DNA from: Stramenopiles sp. TOSAG23-6
Taxonomy: Eukaryota
DNA: 47,610 bases
Assembly: GCA_900128565.1 (NCBI GenBank)
Contig: LT635926.1
Coordinates: 1 to 47,610, forward strand
Reading direction: 5' to 3'
The position numbers were made by a program, and so were the translations under genes. The notes beneath the pieces were generated by a model. That model was not told the DNA's origin. It saw only the letters and a program-made list of their open reading frames with translations, and searched no databases. The stretch's first letter is position 1; each line of letters opens with the position of its first letter. This document shows, in pieces, positions 1-12,200 of the stretch.

Positions 1-166
1 AAAACGGCCAATTTCGCCGACGCCCAAAAATGCCACTGGTACGGGCTTATCCGTTATTTTTACGGTAACTGTTTTGACTTTTGACTTTTCTCCAATGTTC
101 TCCTAGCTAGGCCTGGCTCCACTAGCTAGCAATATTATATCCTTCAACAATCAGATTGTATCATCG

Positions 167-1009
167 ATGGAAGATACTCTCGACCAAGATTACTTTTCAA
201 AGCATGGAATTAACTTGTATTTAACAGATATGGTCACTCTATTATTGGAAAATAGACCACAGCGTCCACTTGAATTCATCACTCAGTATTTAGGAAATGT
301 TGTAAGGGAAGATGGCACCGTAGCGTTACAACATGCTTACCAGTACATTCGCCTTACGAGACGTGGAGCAGAGAGTTCTATGGATAATCTTGTTTCTGCG
401 TATAGTAGTCTGGAAAAAGGATCATCAGTAGGAGTTCGAGGTCGAGCGGTAAATGAGCTTTTATTACTCTTGGCGCGAGACCTCCCTTGTAATATTGGCA
501 CCTCAGTTTGCAAAAGACTCAAACAGTGTAAGACAGAATTCATTAGTTTTGAAGACTATATACACTGTATCAAATCGTTTCTTCTTTATGAAGAAGCCAC
601 AAAACATGCTGTAGGAATCTTCAATTTAGTCGTTAACCTTTCAGAGGGAGTAAAACAATCAACAAATTTTCTTTCAGCTGGAATAAAACAAACCACAAAT
701 TCTTTGAAAAATATTGAAGTTGAAAAAACTCTACAAAATAATTTAATTGCAACCGATACTGAAAGTACCATAGATAACAAATGTAAAATGAAACATAAAA
801 ACAATGAAAATGTACAAATTTTAGTTTCAGAAGTTGTACCACTACTTCAACGAGCAATACCAAATACTAATATTAAGTNGATATTAGAAAAAAGAATTAG
901 ACAAAATGATTCTACAAAAGAAAAATCAGAAAATTTACAAATAGATTTAAGAACTTTTTTGAATTGTACCCTTGATTGTATTGATCAAGAAAATTTAAAT
1001 GAAAAATAA
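167..1009 (+). CDS. TPGS1: Tubulin polyglutamylase complex subunit 1-like protein
   Basis: N-terminal RIIa/DD-like helix pair LLLENRPQRPLEFITQY, followed by AYQYIRL...NLVSAYSSL...G.RGR..NELL...RD, the motif order I recall for TPGS1; intronless ORF. Confidence 0.7.
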   Translation: MEDTLDQDYFSKHGINLYLTDMVTLLLENRPQRPLEFITQYLGNVVREDGTVALQHAYQYIRLTRRGAESSMDNLVSAYSSLEKGSSVGVRGRAVNELLLLLARDLPCNIGTSVCKRLKQCKTEFISFEDYIHCIKSFLLYEEATKHAVGIFNLVVNLSEGVKQSTNFLSAGIKQTTNSLKNIEVEKTLQNNLIATDTESTIDNKCKMKHKNNENVQILVSEVVPLLQRAIPNTNIKXILEKRIRQNDSTKEKSENLQIDLRTFLNCTLDCIDQENLNEK

Positions 1010-1361
1010 AATGTTTAACCCAGAAGTTTTCGCTTTTCTAAATCTGCTGGTAAATCTGCTGGTACCTTAATTAAAAATAATGTATGGCCCACCCACAAAA
1101 ATTTATTAATAATTATATTATTATGGCGTATTATATCCGCGGCGAAATTGGTTCCGGGTAACGGCGTAAAAAATTTAACGTCGATCGAGCGGTTTCCGAA
1201 AACTTTCTCTTTGTTATTTTTAGCATCGACTCTACTACGTTTTATTGTATCTTAGGATTTGAAAATTGAGATTCCAGAATTTAGATTCCATCACAGACGT
1301 TGTGTTAGTTTTCAGCTTTGAATGTTGATTTGAGATTGTATACTTCTATAAACTTTAGTGA

Positions 1362-3191
1362 ATGTCTTTATTTCGTCAACCTAAAGTTGTAAAAGATACA
1401 TGGCAAAAGAATTGGGAAGAAATTACAATCCAGAGTCTGGAAAGATGGTCGTCTGGCACACAGAAACCAGTTCTAAATTCAAGTATAAATGAGGTAGATA
1501 ACCCCAATTGTGTCACTTTGTTTAAAGTTAACAAAGGATTGAACCAGAAAATTGTATTGTATATGGGAGAAGCTACAAGTATCACAGGTGATGCTATTGT
1601 GAACTCAACAAATGAAAAACTTTCACTGTTTACAAAAGTTATTGAACGTGGTGGGGACGATTTAGAATTTGAGTGTAAATCAAAACATCGTGATGGCTGT
1701 CGAACAGGTGAATGTTGTGTAACTCAAGGATGGAAACTTCCATTAAAGTATGTAATTCATACTGTAGGTCCTCAATATACTGAAAAGTACGCTCGTGCTT
1801 CAGAACATGCTTTGTTGAATTGTTATCGAGGTGTTTTAGCTATTGTACGTGAGAGGCGTTGGAAAAGTATAGTCCTTCCATGTATTTACTCTCATAAGAA
1901 AGGGTATCCTCGCAATGATGGTGCTCATGTTGCGTGTCGTACAACGCGAAGCTTACTAGAAAAGATAGGTGAAAGTATTAAAGATGTGATTTTTGTTGTA
2001 GATAATAAGACTGATTTTGATTTATACAAAACTATCCTAAGTCTTTATTTTCCTAGGTCAACTGATGAAGAGAAACACGCAGCACAATTTTTGCATCAAT
2101 ATCACAAGAAAGAAGCAGAAAGCGGTAATGCTGAAGAAGTAAATGGGATGTTTTTTTTTAATGAACATGGCGAAAAAGTTGTACGAAGTAGAAAAATCAG
2201 AATAACTGGTACATTTTCACCACCAAATGAAAGAAAAAACATTGGTCCTGAAATAAAACAAGGTGATACATTTGTAGCTTGTGGAACACTATCCGAAAGT
2301 TCTGAAAAGTATAATTTGGAAAGCAAAGATGAATTTAATGTTGAGAGTGATTTGTTTTCTGGTGGTTACTCACCTCCAGAGTATAATACTGAAATAAATT
2401 TTGGTGGTCGACTTCAACAAAAGAGATCATTTCCAAGAAACATACCATCAAGTAAAAATCATGATGTCCAGGAATCTAAAGAAAGGCAAAACCAACGAAG
2501 TTATAATCACCACAACCAACAACAAAGACATAGGTATCAGAGTGTAGGTGGTCATCGGAGATATTCTGAGGATACTAAATATAGTTCCCCAGGTGAGGTA
2601 AATGTTTATTGCAGCGCAAGAAATATTTTTCATCGAAGAAAAACACAAATCAATGATAAAGTTGCATATGATGTTTTACTACGAACTGCATGGCGACAAT
2701 CATTGAAAGATATACAAGCTCTTAATTGTGTTTACCATTCTGGGTTTGATCAACATGATCGTGCAGTTATTGTAATAATAGGTAAGAACCTACCTATTGG
2801 TGCGGATTCACTCGAAAGAGTTTTACTTTACTTAGTTAAAATAGCTGATGCAATTATTGAAAGAGGATTTATTATTATTTATGCACATGGAGGGACTCAT
2901 CGTGCACAGATGCCAAGAGTATCATGGTTGCGTTCAGCTCATGGACGACTTGATAGAAGATACAAAAAACGTTTATGCGAAATATTTGTACTGCATCCAA
3001 ACTTTGCAGTCAAGTGGAAATTTTGGGTAGCAAAGCTTTATCTATCACAGAAGTTTTATAGAAAGAAATTAAGGTATGTTACTTCTCTACCTAATTTATT
3101 CGAGACAAGTTCAATTAGTTCAAATGATGTAACTTTACCAGCATCTTTATATAGATATGACATTAGAGTTAATCAGCAAATATTCCGATAA
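1362..3191 (+). CDS. GDAP2: GDAP2-like protein (Macro domain + C-terminal CRAL-TRIO/BCH domain)
   Basis: Macro motifs DAIVNSTNE, CRTGEC, LPLKYVIHTVGP, KKGYP..GAHVACRT.R..LE, YFPRS; C-terminal G.D..DR.VIVI, YKKRL..IFVLHP typical of CRAL-TRIO. Confidence 0.9.
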   Translation: MSLFRQPKVVKDTWQKNWEEITIQSLERWSSGTQKPVLNSSINEVDNPNCVTLFKVNKGLNQKIVLYMGEATSITGDAIVNSTNEKLSLFTKVIERGGDDLEFECKSKHRDGCRTGECCVTQGWKLPLKYVIHTVGPQYTEKYARASEHALLNCYRGVLAIVRERRWKSIVLPCIYSHKKGYPRNDGAHVACRTTRSLLEKIGESIKDVIFVVDNKTDFDLYKTILSLYFPRSTDEEKHAAQFLHQYHKKEAESGNAEEVNGMFFFNEHGEKVVRSRKIRITGTFSPPNERKNIGPEIKQGDTFVACGTLSESSEKYNLESKDEFNVESDLFSGGYSPPEYNTEINFGGRLQQKRSFPRNIPSSKNHDVQESKERQNQRSYNHHNQQQRHRYQSVGGHRRYSEDTKYSSPGEVNVYCSARNIFHRRKTQINDKVAYDVLLRTAWRQSLKDIQALNCVYHSGFDQHDRAVIVIIGKNLPIGADSLERVLLYLVKIADAIIERGFIIIYAHGGTHRAQMPRVSWLRSAHGRLDRRYKKRLCEIFVLHPNFAVKWKFWVAKLYLSQKFYRKKLRYVTSLPNLFETSSISSNDVTLPASLYRYDIRVNQQIFR

Positions 3192-3379
3192 TAAAGGACT
3201 ATACAGTTTTCAATAATAAAATTCACCATGATAAAAATTAGTTTATTATAGTTCAATCAGCTAGAGTTCCTAGATGGTTGAACTTGTAAATATGAAGGAG
3301 AATAAACCCCTTCCTATGTGTTTTCTGTGAAGAAACACGAAATCCAATCAGTACACAATCGTTTTCTGTGAATGAATTT

Positions 3380-6001
3380 TCATAAAATATTATTATCTCG
3401 AACCTGACCGTGGTAAAAACTCCGAATAAGACCAATACCCATAGAACAAAGCAATGCTTGTGTAATAGCGAAACATAAGAGCATATTATTCATAGTTGGT
3501 TCAATAGATTTCGACATTTGAGAGACCGCAACAAGAATACAACCAAATACAGATCCAAGTATTGGCAAAATCATAACAAATAAACCCGTAAATGTATTAG
3601 ACACACTAATTTTTACAATATCATGTAAAACAGACATATTAAAGCCACGCGACAATTGAACAAATACAAAGTATAACATTCCACAAAAAATATACCGTAT
3701 TGAACCTCCAAAACCAAATGTATGACTTTCAGATTCTTTGAATGGATATTGAAATAATGACATTATACCTAAAACAAGTAATACTTGAAGAAATATGACC
3801 CCTAAAAATGTTTGAGCATTGCTGCTTAAATAACCTACCATAAAATGGCATGGTAAAACAAGAACTCCTAATAAAGATATATAAAGGCATGATGCAGTTT
3901 CATACCACTTAAAAAAGTAAAATGTCACTTCAGGGATCATTATAAGAAATGTTTCCTGTTGAGCATGTATTGTGAAAAAATATTTTTTTTAATCGTTAGG
4001 TACAGAATTTCGTACGAAAAAAACTACTTCGAAATTGAAATGAAAACGTACATGTAGAATAAACACAAGTATGAGACAATATGGAATACCATACATCACA
4101 CGAATTAATGAATCATTATGCGTGATATTTTCACTTCGATATTGACGTCGAGTTTTTCCAATGAATTGATTATTATTGCTGAAATCATCTTTAGATGTAT
4201 TTGTGTTTTCAGTCACATCAAAACGAATATCTTCAACGTTTTTCATTTGTCTTATATTTGATATCTTGTCCATATTTTTGGAGAGTTCTATTGTATCACA
4301 CTTTTTAGAATCCAAATCACAGTTTGACAAAGAATTATAGTTATTCACCTTGTTCCCTTTTAACAAACCGTATGAGGCTGTTGAAACAGGTCTAATAGCA
4401 TTTGATTCGTGAGAGTTGGTATCAATATCTTCAAATTTCATTATGATAAAAATTAGCAAAATAGTCCACATACATGCCAGTAAATAACCCGGTACTGGAT
4501 GACCCGCAAATTTCATGACTGGAATATTAATTTCAGTGTGATATGTAATGATAAAACCTGCAAGCATTGGGCCAAGGAATAGTCCTACTGATCCAGCAGC
4601 AACAAATATAGCAGAAGCATATGTTCGTTGTCTCCTTGGTACAAATGATGATATATATCTTCTAGATAATGAACCAGAGCAACCAAGGCCACAAAGAATG
4701 CGACCGCAAACAAGCATCCAAACATAACCAAAATAACTTGCTAATGCATACATTAAATTCCCAAAAATGAGTAAAACTACACTAAATATAAAAGTGTTTT
4801 TGAAACTTCCATTAAAAATTCTTTCTGCTCTGTATCTATAAGGAATAGCAACTAATAATGATGCAGCTGGCATTGCGCCAAATGCCACTATACCAAAGCC
4901 AGGATTGTGTAAGGCAGATGCGTAGTTTTCTACAGTAGGAAGGATTATATAATGTATTTTGGAAAAATATTTCAAAAAAACAATCGTTAGGTACAAAATT
5001 TCGTACGAAATAAACATTCAAAATTGAAAAAAAATAAAACATACATGATTTGTTGTATACAAAAGAGTACTAACAGCACTAATTATTAGTGAATTTTTAG
5101 AGTAGACAATATTTATCTTTCCCTTTTCTTGTCGTAAACAAGGTTTCAAACACAACAAAGATGTTCCACTTTCTTGTGAATCACTACTGGTACTACTCCA
5201 GTCTACGTCTACAGAATCATCTGATGAGTTGTTATACGTATCATAATTCGAATCAGAAGCAATTACAGATAGAACATCTAAATTAGCCAAATCCATCCAG
5301 CTTCCAGCTTCTTTTGCACGGAAATGATGTTTATTTACATCTTTTAATAAGGTACCAATCATAACTGTAATTTCTGCTTCGTCACTTGAACAAGTTGTAG
5401 CAGAGATTAAATTGGCAGCTCTTAGATTTTTCATTGTCCCTGACATTTTAGACACTAAATCAGTCAAAATACTATTATACTGAAGACCTTCAATAGACTC
5501 ACGACGATAACCAGATTGATAACTTTGTAAGAATTCTGTTGTTATTGGATTTGTTGAGATTTTTTTATCATGTTTTTTCAATATTTTCCGAAGACCAGTC
5601 AAATTGAGCTCAACATATTTCAATAGTCTCACAATTTGTTGGCCGAGTTTATTGTACTGATTTAAAAGTTGCTGACCTAGAATATCTTTTTCTTCTGAAT
5701 TACTTTCACTTACTCTACTGCCTACTCTTGAAGTTTTTACTCTATCACACAAATCAAGAAATGCTATTCCTTCTTCTTGAATCTCTGCTTCCTGTTTCGA
5801 ATGAAAGACAATGATTTTGCTAAGCTCCAACTCTAGTTGAGTCACAAAAATACGCTGCTTAATTTCAGTAAACGAAGAATTGCCATCTTTCTGGCACAAA
5901 ACTATCGCTTTGATACGTTTCTTTAGACTTTTATAATCTAAATATTTATCCTTCCACTCTTGATCAAGAGTTTCGTTCAGCTTCTTTGCAAATTGAACCA
6001 T
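3380..6001 (-). CDS. SPX-domain MFS vacuolar phosphate transporter (SPX-MFS/PHT5-like); exons 6001-5045, 4951-4052, 3964-3380 (~813 aa)
   Basis: SPX motifs MVQFAK..W..KYLDYKSLKK and YVELNLTGLRKILKKHDK; MFS motifs GNLMYALA, GRILCGLG, RRYIS, GL.LGP. Removing two family introns gives LLYTTNH|YIILPT and FILH|AQQETFL. Confidence 0.9.
3965..4051 (-). other. Non-canonical family intron (GT...AT), 87 nt, phase 0
   Basis: Minus strand CAT|GTACGTTTTCAT...TTTCGTACGAAATTCTGTACCTAACG...AATATTTTTTCACAATACAT|GCT; contains an in-frame stop. A CAG 9 nt downstream is an in-frame alternative but would shorten a TM helix. Confidence 0.85.
4952..5044 (-). other. Non-canonical family intron (GT...AT), 93 nt, phase 0
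   Basis: CAT|GTATG...TTTCGTACGAAATTTTGTACCTAAC...CCAAAATACAT|TAT; in-frame TGA inside; removal restores N-H-YIILPT; first downstream AG is out of frame. Confidence 0.88.
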
Positions 6002-6420
6002 TGAAAGCTATCAAAATTAAAGAATTTAATTTGCTAAAAATAATATTATCGTTTATAGCAGTAGTCAATAATATTCCATTAATGGTTAAATTTGAGGTAT
6101 TGTGCGCGGCTAGGAATACAATACGCAATCGATAATATGATGATTATGTAAACACCACAGACCAAGCCCAAGGCAAGGAAGAATAATATATTTTGGATCA
6201 TGGGCCGGCCAAGAAATGAAAAAAATTGGCTTCGGCTTCTTCGTCTGAAAATCCAATTTCGAATTTCAACAAGTCCGAGGCGAGAGTCAGTCAAATCTTT
6301 CAAAATTTCATTATAAATAGTCCACTTTTTCTTAGTATAATATTATAGTAGGACTCTTCCACAGAACTTGAAAGCGTGTTGTTCATGAAGAGGTAGTCAA
6401 ACACACCAACCAAAACACAA

Positions 6421-9085
6421 ATGGACGCATTCCATCGTGATGGATACACTGTAATTCGTGGCGCAATTTCGCCAACCTCAGTTGAAAGCTTTACTGTGCA
6501 ACTTAATGAGGAACTATGTTTGAATTGTGGAACTGGGACAACTGATCGAACTTTAGACAGCGTTAATCTATCAGAGCCTAATACATGGCCTTCTGGTGGA
6601 TCTCGTCGCGTTGTTGAGTGTGCTCCGTTGGGAGTTGGGTCGCATTGGAATGATCTGAAACAATCTAAAGTCCTGAGTGAAGCATTAAACGCTTTATTAG
6701 GAAAAAATTGTTGGGAAATACCTCTCAACACAGCGGATAGTTGTATACGACACTGGTACTGTCCTGTATCATTCCCGGAGCATAGTAATTTAAACCATAT
6801 TGATAGTAAATATAGTAGTCAACATAAAGCAAAAAATGCTGTACATAAAGTCAAGAAAAGAAAGAATTCTACACAGTCTATTCATACTTGTACAAATTGT
6901 GGCTCAATATTTCCCAGTCGGAACAAACTTTTCAAGCATTTACCTTGTGATGATCCAGTCACTACAATTTCTAACGGAAATAGATATAAAAAAAGTAAGA
7001 ATCTGAATGATTCAAAACATATAGATACTAAAAAATATTCCATTGAAAATACACAAAAACAAAACATTGAAAATACACAAAAAAAAAATCCAAATCTTCG
7101 ACGAATAATTTTAGAGTCTTGGAAAGATGAATTAAATCGTATTTCAAAGTTTAAAACCTCGCCCACTCAACACTGGCAGCCTGTGAGTAGACGTAGATTT
7201 CGGGGTAAGGGATGGCACATTGATATTGGCCCTGGTTTTCCAGTGGATGAATTGCGTCGATTATGTACGTTAACCCTAACCCTAATCATCATTTTTTTTT
7301 ATATTTTTTTTTCTTAGTAAAGTTTGTACCTAACAAATTTCTAATTTAAAATATTTTTTTCACAGTACATCAGGTAGTCCAATTCAAGGAATGGTTGTAC
7401 TTGTTTTGTTATCTGATTGGACTATAGGTAGTGGAGGAACAGCGATGATACCTGGTAGTCATAAATGGGTTTCAAAACAGTTATACAAATCGGAGTCTTT
7501 AAGCCCGCCTGGAATTTCACATTCAGATCTAAATAATTGGTGTGTTCAGTATGTACGTAAATTGGTTGATGATGGAAAATTATGGATAGAAAATAATAAT
7601 AATAATAATATCAATAATAATAATAATAATAATAATAATGAAAGATTTATTGTCCGTCAGATATGTGGGAAAGCCGGTGATATTGTATTAATGCACCCAT
7701 GGCTTATACATTCAGGTACAACAAACATGACGAATGTACCACGTTTGATGGCAAATGGTATGATTCAAATAAAAAATAGTGTTTTTTCTCGTGAAGGATG
7801 TCGCCTTCTTCAAAAGAATTTCGAAGAAGAAGATACAATGGGAATTGAAATATGTTCAGATAAAAGAAAAAAATCTATTGTTTCACCAAGAAGTTCAAAA
7901 GTAAACAAAAAACAGAAAAAAGGTAGCAGTGAAACTAATTTTACTGTAGAAACAAAATGTAGTACAGTTATACGACCTCTTCGTCTCCCATTACCGATTA
8001 TTCTACCAAAAGTTTCAGTAATTATTCCTATATATAACGCTTGTCCTTGGTTACATGAATGTTTATCATCTATACTATCTCAATCTTATTTTCATGAATA
8101 TCAAGGATCTATCGAAGTATGCATGTATGATGATGCAAGTACTGATGATTCAGCAAAAGTCATTTTAGAATGGAAATCAAAATTTATAAATGCTGGTTTT
8201 GAGTGTGTATGTAATGGACACGGTCCATATTGGGTCGATAAAACAAATATTCCTGGTGGTGCAGGTAATGCAAAAAACATGGCAGTATTAAATAGTACTG
8301 GTACTTTTCTTTGTTTTATTGATGCCGATGATTATATGAGACCTGATAGAATTGTAAAACAATTAGCATTAGTACAAGGTCGAGATGATGTACTGATCGG
8401 CTCAGGTTTTACAAGGAATCCTAATGATGCAACTTTACATTATTCAAATTGGTGCAATTCTTTAACAAAAAAACAATTATTTTTAGAACAATATCGCGAA
8501 ATTACAATTATTCAACCCACGTGGTTTTTATCACGTCGCCAATTTGATCGTGTCGGTGGTTATGAGACTCAGTCACCAGATTCAAATTCACCTTTTCCCT
8601 CGGATCTTGTATTTTTTCACTCTCACTTGGATAAGAATGGTTGTTTGGATAGAGTAAATGAACCATTAGTTACATATCGATATTTAGCAAATAGTGTTTC
8701 ATGGCGCATTCCACGAAAAGTATTACTTCAAAAACGTTTACGTGCTTTAGAAAGGCGTGTTTTATCGAAAAAGAGATGGGGGAAATTTACAATTTGGGGA
8801 GCTGGAAGAGATGGGAAAAACTTTATTAACGAACTTTTACCAAAATACAGATCTCAAGTTAGTGCTTTTTGTGATGTTGATTATAAAAAAATCAAAAGAG
8901 GTTATCATAACCATAAACCTCGCCCCGCTGGATCTCCACCTATTTCAATACCTGTAATACATTTCACCGAAGCAAAGGCTCCTATCATTATATGTGTTGC
9001 AAAAGGACGTACTGGTGGTCAATTAGAGAGTAATATTAAGTCTCTTGGACTTATTGAAGGTTACGATTATTGGCACTTTTCATAA
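6421..9085 (+). CDS. Fusion of PhyH-like Fe(II)/2OG dioxygenase, C2H2-like zinc finger and GT2 glycosyltransferase (B3GNTL1/QTGAL-like); exons 6421-7264, 7371-9085
   Basis: F..DGY.VI, WHID, GGT..IPGSHK, GKAGDIVLMHPWLIHSG..N...PR (PhyH, split across the intron); CTNCGSIFPSRNKLFKHL; VSVIIP.YNA..WL.ECL.S, DDASTD, CFIDADD, PTWF, FTIWGAGRDG, AFCDVD, TGG.LE.N..SL.L.EG.DY.HFS (B3GNTL1-like). Confidence 0.85.
7265..7370 (+). other. Family intron (GT...AT, or GT...AG at 7373), 106 nt, phase 1; carries TAACCC repeats
   Basis: TTAT|GTACGTTAACCCTAACCCTAA...TGTACCTAAC...ATATTTTTTTCACAGTACAT|CAGG. The first CAG (7365) is out of frame; CAT (7370) and the next CAG (7373) are in frame. Confidence 0.8.
7591..7639 (+). 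repeat. (AAT)n microsatellite encoding poly-Asn
   Basis: Run of aat triplets inside the ORF. Confidence 0.9.
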
Positions 9086-9234
9086 AGGATTTATTACAAC
9101 TCTTTTATTTTATTTTATTTTTTTCAATAAATAATTGGAAAACAAAATGCTTAAGGTTTTGGATTTTTAAAACATATTTAATTTTCATTCACGTTTTTCA
9201 CTTTAAAAAATACTCATGTATTTGAATCCATAGA

Positions 9235-12200
9235 CTACTGTCCGAAAAGCGCAAATGCTAATTGACTTCCAAACCCAGCAGCAAAACGAATTGCGTATTT
9301 TGGATGCGAGCGTCCCCGTTTTGCATCGTTTTCAATTGAATCAACAGTCATGACATGTAATGGTCCAAGTGATGGATCGAGAGTAGAATGATTAACTACT
9401 GGGGGAATATTTCGTTTTTTATTACTCCCTAAACAATCACGATTATTAAGGATACATGTTGCAATAACATCTTCAAATGCAACTCCCATAGCATGACCTG
9501 TCTGGCCCTTTGTAGCACAAACGCGAAGTAAAGGAAACAATTTGGGTCCAAATGCTTTACGTAATGCAGCAGCTTCAACACCACCACATGAAATCAATGG
9601 ATTCCCTAATCCATCTGTGCCTGTTTCGTGTCCAATATAAACAGCATCGTCTACAAGGTTCTTTTTTGTAATTCCATGATTCTTTTCGATACATAGAAGA
9701 AATCGATCAAGCTCTGAAGCAACATGATCAGCACTTAAACGCGCCCCATGGAATGCTGAATTACTAATTTGGGTGGCAAGAAGAAGACATTGAGATTGTT
9801 TCTCTTCAATTTGAATATTCCGCAAACTATGTGTCCTTTCAAGAACAATACCGACTGCACCTGAACCCAAAAGCATTCCATTACGACGAACATCATAAGG
9901 TAAAAGGCCATTCTCTGGTTTCCCTGAAGTACATGCAGCGCCAACAGCGAGAAATCCACTAGCTACATGGGGGAGTAGAGTGTCGTTACACGCATCATCA
10001 CCAGCAACAACAATGACTCTATCGCAACGATCATTTGTAATCCAATCTTGAGCAATTGATAAAGCCTGTGTTGTTCCTGCACAAGCTGCCATGATTTGTG
10101 TATTTGGACCTCGAGCAGCACATGCCTGTGCAAGTTGTACGGCACCTCCATTTAATATAGAAAATAAATATTTTCTATCAAATCGAGGGATATCAAATTC
10201 GTCATTATTTTCATCATTGGCACTTTCTCGTAATGATTGTCTGTAAGAAGTTTCCTCTTTCACAACAGACTCTAAAAACGCAAATGATGCTGCACAAACT
10301 ACACCTGTTCTATCTCGTAATTCTATCGGCAATTTCCAGTCATGGGCACCACCTGCACCAGGTGAATTAGCATGTGTTCTACCCACAATCATAGGTGATG
10401 GTGCTCTTTGACGGCAAACCAAACCTGCATCTAATAATGCTTCAAGTCCAGCAGCTACAGCTAATTTACATGCAGAATCCATAGTACTTACTAAAGATGG
10501 AGACATTCCATAATCTGTAACAAGATCTAATGTCCCCTCACAACGTCCAGCAAGACGCATACATTGATCTTCCCGATTTAATGAAATTAAATGCGTTGCA
10601 TTTTTCTGACGAACCAATTTTGTTATTTTCCGATCAAGTTGATTCTTCAAATTCTCAGTAGGCAAAACTGTTACCAAACATTCACCACTAAACATACGAT
10701 TTTTATTTTGACTATCGAATACACGACGACCTTTAGGACAAGGAAGCCCAATAGAAGTTCCAAGTACAGCTAGAGGAATATGCTTGGATTTGCGACCTTC
10801 CACAAATGTTTTATTCTTATTATTATTACGTTCTGCACTACTAGGTAAATCAATTGAAGGTATTGATTTAAACGACTGTGATGATTGAGATGATGAAGAT
10901 TTCTTGTGCTTTGAAAATTCTTGAATTTCATTTTCTTCATGTGGTGAATGTCGTGCTGTATTTGCTATAGAACATGCTACATTCACTGTACTTGCAGTTT
11001 CTATACATTTACTGGAGTAACTGCGTCTTTGTTTTGAATCTATACTAACAAGATAATAGCCACCAGGTACGATATTATCTACACTTCCTTGGGGATGCCA
11101 TATTTCACCTTTAGTAACTGTAGATAATAATGCAGATTTTGTCATTTCTCGCATTTTTAAAGCATTTTTAAACTCTTCAGGATGGACAATTTTTCGATCA
11201 TTTAATCGCTGTATTAAGCCAACCTTGTTTTTAATTAGTTCTAGAGAATATCGATTACTCTTTGTTTTGCGACCTCTCAATGCAAACATTGTAGCTATTG
11301 CCCCTGAACCATATGAAAACACCGAAATTCTCTTACCATGAAGTAATTTTCCTTTTGTAGATATTAAAGACAAAATACCTGCAAATACAGATGCAGTATA
11401 ACAATTACCTATAGAACAGGGTAATAATGTAGAAGGTTGAACTTTTTCGGTAAATGTAGGAAAACTAAGTTTTCGTAGGATTAGGTCTAAAGGACGATCT
11501 GTGTACGTCTCCGAAAGAGTCACATTTTTCCATGGTAGTAATTCTTTATCATACTCATTATTACTGTTATCTGTTTTTTTATGATAATCATGCAAATATA
11601 AACGAGAAAATGATTTAACAACAAGTTTGTTGTATGGTGCATGGAACACAGAATAATCAATTGTAGATAATTCTCCGTCGACATCATTCACTGGAAGACC
11701 TGTCAAAGACCTGGAAGTTTGACTCTTACGAGAAAATCCAACATAGCAATAGTCTAGTGCACGAAGGTAACATGTCTGTGACAACTTGCCATCAACGATA
11801 GGGTATTCAGATGACATATTTGGCTTGTAAAAGTCATATGTATCAGCAGCATATGAGGTCCGTGTTCGCGCTTCCATTGCAAGAGGAGCATCTGGTCCAA
11901 CCAAGAAAGCCACAGCACCGACGCCACCAGTAGGACGAGCAGGCCCATCTGCATAAACTGCAATATCTGCTGCTACAACTAATGCAAGACGACCATCCCA
12001 TTCTTCACTCTGTACCCAGGCAACAGAATTAAATAGTGCTGCAGCCCCACCATAGCAAGCGTTAACAGACGTAACACCTTCAACGTCAGTGTTGTTTCCG
12101 AAAAGTTGCATCAACACTGTCTTTGGCGACTTGGATTTGTCCACGAGAGACTCAGTGCCTACCTCAATACGACCAATATCAGATGGTAACACATCATATC

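Noticed and set aside
3380-6001. Stop-codon readthrough or an alternative genetic code joining the three in-frame SPX-MFS ORFs
   Set aside because: The stops lie within 87- and 93-nt family elements; other copies have non-3n lengths, so excision explains them
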